A program made the position numbers and the translations under genes. The notes below the pieces were generated by a model. It had not been told where the DNA came from. It searched no databases and saw nothing but the letters and a program-made list of their open reading frames with translations. DNA of 64,000 nt. Origin: Mytilus edulis (taxonomy: Eukaryota). Location: contig NC_092351.1 of the NCBI RefSeq assembly GCF_963676685.1, forward strand, positions 61,008,001 to 61,072,000, given 5' to 3'. Positions within the stretch are counted from its first letter, which is position 1, and each line of letters starts with the position of its first letter. Below, piece by piece: positions 61,901 through 64,000 of the stretch.

Positions 61901-63099
61901 TGTTAATTCTATCTAAGTTTAGATTTTCGAACATAAAACCATACTTGATTTTTTCCTTGACAATGTTTCCCCTACATCGCCTTTTAAGTCGTTTTCAATT
62001 AAATCTATAAATCAGTCAAAGGATAAGCGTAAAGTTCCCTCTCCATTGGCGAATCCAGGGGGTCTCGGGTCCCAGTCACCCTTTTGTGGGCAAAATTTGG
62101 TAGATTATATATAAAATCACTGAAATATGATTGGATCGGGTCAACTCATAGGGCAGTCAGTGGGTCCCCTTGATGAGAATTTCTAGATCCGTAACTGCCT
62201 TTCGCAAAATCGTATTGTACCAATGTGCTACCCTATGAGTATGGTAATCCAACTGTCTATTGATTATTGGTTTATTGATTTTGGGGGGGAAAAGCTTCGT
62301 ATTCTTTATGTATAAAATATTGTTTCCCTTTTGTTTTCATTTTGTTTTCGTTTTTGGTTAAGATTTTATGTATTCTCATAATTTTCCATTCTCTGTAATT
62401 GTTCGCTATAGCTCGGAAAAAAGGGATTCTCTTATGTGAAATTGTAGTTAAATTTAAGTTATTCATTTGTACCTCTTTAGGGTTCGCCAGCTTATTGTTC
62501 GCTAGCTTGAGTCAAGTCCAGAAAGAGCATATACACATATTTCAGAAATAGCGGTATCGCTTCTTAGTCCAACTAAAGTTATCTGAAAAAGCTTCATTGA
62601 ACATACAACTGGAATATCTTAGTGTTCCTTCAAAGTCAGGAATTCGTAAAAAAGGGGGGGGGGGGGGTTATGTCCTGTTACGTCCCAAATTTTTTAGTAT
62701 GACTTATAAAAATGTAACTAGCGCTCAAACAAAAGTATCAACTACGTTCCTCGCTTTTTGTAAAGTTTACACCGTTGGTTTTCCCGTTCGAAAAGTTTTA
62801 CACTGTAATAGTCATTGTTGGGGCCCTCTACAGCTTGCTGTTCGGTGTGAGCCAATGCTCCGTGTTAAAGACGCTTTGACCTACATGTATAATGGTCTAC
62901 TTTTATACAAACTGTGACCTGGATGGAGAGTTGTCTCATTGACACTCATACCACATCTTCCCATATCTATATATATACAATATAAAAATATTAAGTCCGT
63001 ATTCTCTCCCAAAAATAATCCACAATACAAAAACAAAAGCGCATGTAAACTAATGATATTGATAATATCAGCATTTCAGATAGGTTAAATACAATCCCC

Positions 63100-63387
63100 T
63101 TCCCTTTCATGAATGTGACCTACCGAATTGGACTATCTACCGGATTTGTTATTAAATGAGCAACACGACGGGTGTCACATGTGTAGCAGGATCTGCTTAC
63201 TCTTCCGGAGCACTTTAGATCAGCCCTAGTTTTTTGTGGGGTTCGTGTTGCTTATTCTTTAGTTTTTCATGTTATGTCATGTGTTTATTGTTTGTCTGTT
63301 TCTCCTTTTCACTTTTAGCCATGGTGTTGTCAGTTTATTTTCGATTTATGAGTTTGACTGTCCCTCTGGTATCTTTCGTCCCTCTTT
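63100..63387 (+). repeat. Longer copy of the retroelement 3' tail
   Basis: tccctttcatgaatgtgacctaccgaatt...gcaacacgacgggtg...cgtccctctttt, equivalent to the uninterrupted form of 19050-19985. Confidence 0.8.
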
Positions 63388-64000
63388 TAAACTTGCTATA
63401 TTTTGGTGTACTGGATTTCTTGCAGAATGTGTCATTGTGTATTTCCTTTTTTTTTATTAGGTTACCATTTATAAGGATATGAAGGTGTTTTACAGATATT
63501 AGAATGATGTACTAAAAAGTAAGTCTGAAATCGATGCAAAAAAAAATAGATAAAAAAATATAGTGTTGATTAAATATAAAGAACATATTGATTGATTATT
63601 GGTTGTTTAACGTCCAGTGGCAAATAGTTGATGCATATTTAGGACGAATATAATAAAGATCAATTGGCAGGAAAATAAAGTATATAAAGTGAAGTAGTAA
63701 AAAAAATAAAAGAATATAGAATTGATGATCTGGCTCCCCCCCCCCCCCCCCCCCTCCCCCCCTTTTAAAAAAGTCAACACCAAAACAAAACACTCACACG
63801 CGTGTATATATTTCTCTAAAAAAAATCTAAAATTTTGGTTTCATAGTGCCCAACCTCCCCCAACCCCCACCCCCAAACATCAAAGTTCTTGATCTGCCTC
63901 TGAATATATAAGATCATTTACATGTATAAATAAAACGTTAAAAATTATTCAATCGTGATTAATCCGACAAATTCATCACTTACATGTAGCCTGAGGGAAA

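Noticed and set aside
61536-62000. Degenerate ~170-220-bp tandem similarity (also 25932-26190)
   Set aside because: Ordinary decayed local duplications with no coding or terminal signals.

Overview
AT-rich, intron- and repeat-rich animal genomic DNA. The repeat and gene families point to a bivalve such as Mytilus (inference). The left half holds a single-coding-exon B-box/coiled-coil/beta-propeller (TRIM-like) gene, a 5-exon probably secreted WSC+PAN/Apple gene, hammerhead-ribozyme tandem repeats (retrozyme-like), decayed RT retroelements with nested MITEs, and a decayed BEL/Pao LTR retrotransposon with both LTRs, a tRNA-His PBS and an ATTAT TSD. The main find is a ~27-kb DNA transposon (31868-58914) bounded by 68-bp TIRs (66/68 identical) and flanked by TA. 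It carries two head-to-head spliced genes that I assembled by hand with open frames: an 11-exon Sola-like/DUF7869-type DDD/E transposase (- strand) and a 12-exon, 694-aa protein with a ParB/Srx-like domain, coiled coil, NLS and C-terminal Tudor domain (+ strand). Both subterminal regions carry clusters of a 16-bp palindrome (YTGGTC-N4-RACCAR), reminiscent in architecture of parS sites. All gene models and domain calls come from manual reading; no database searches were run.
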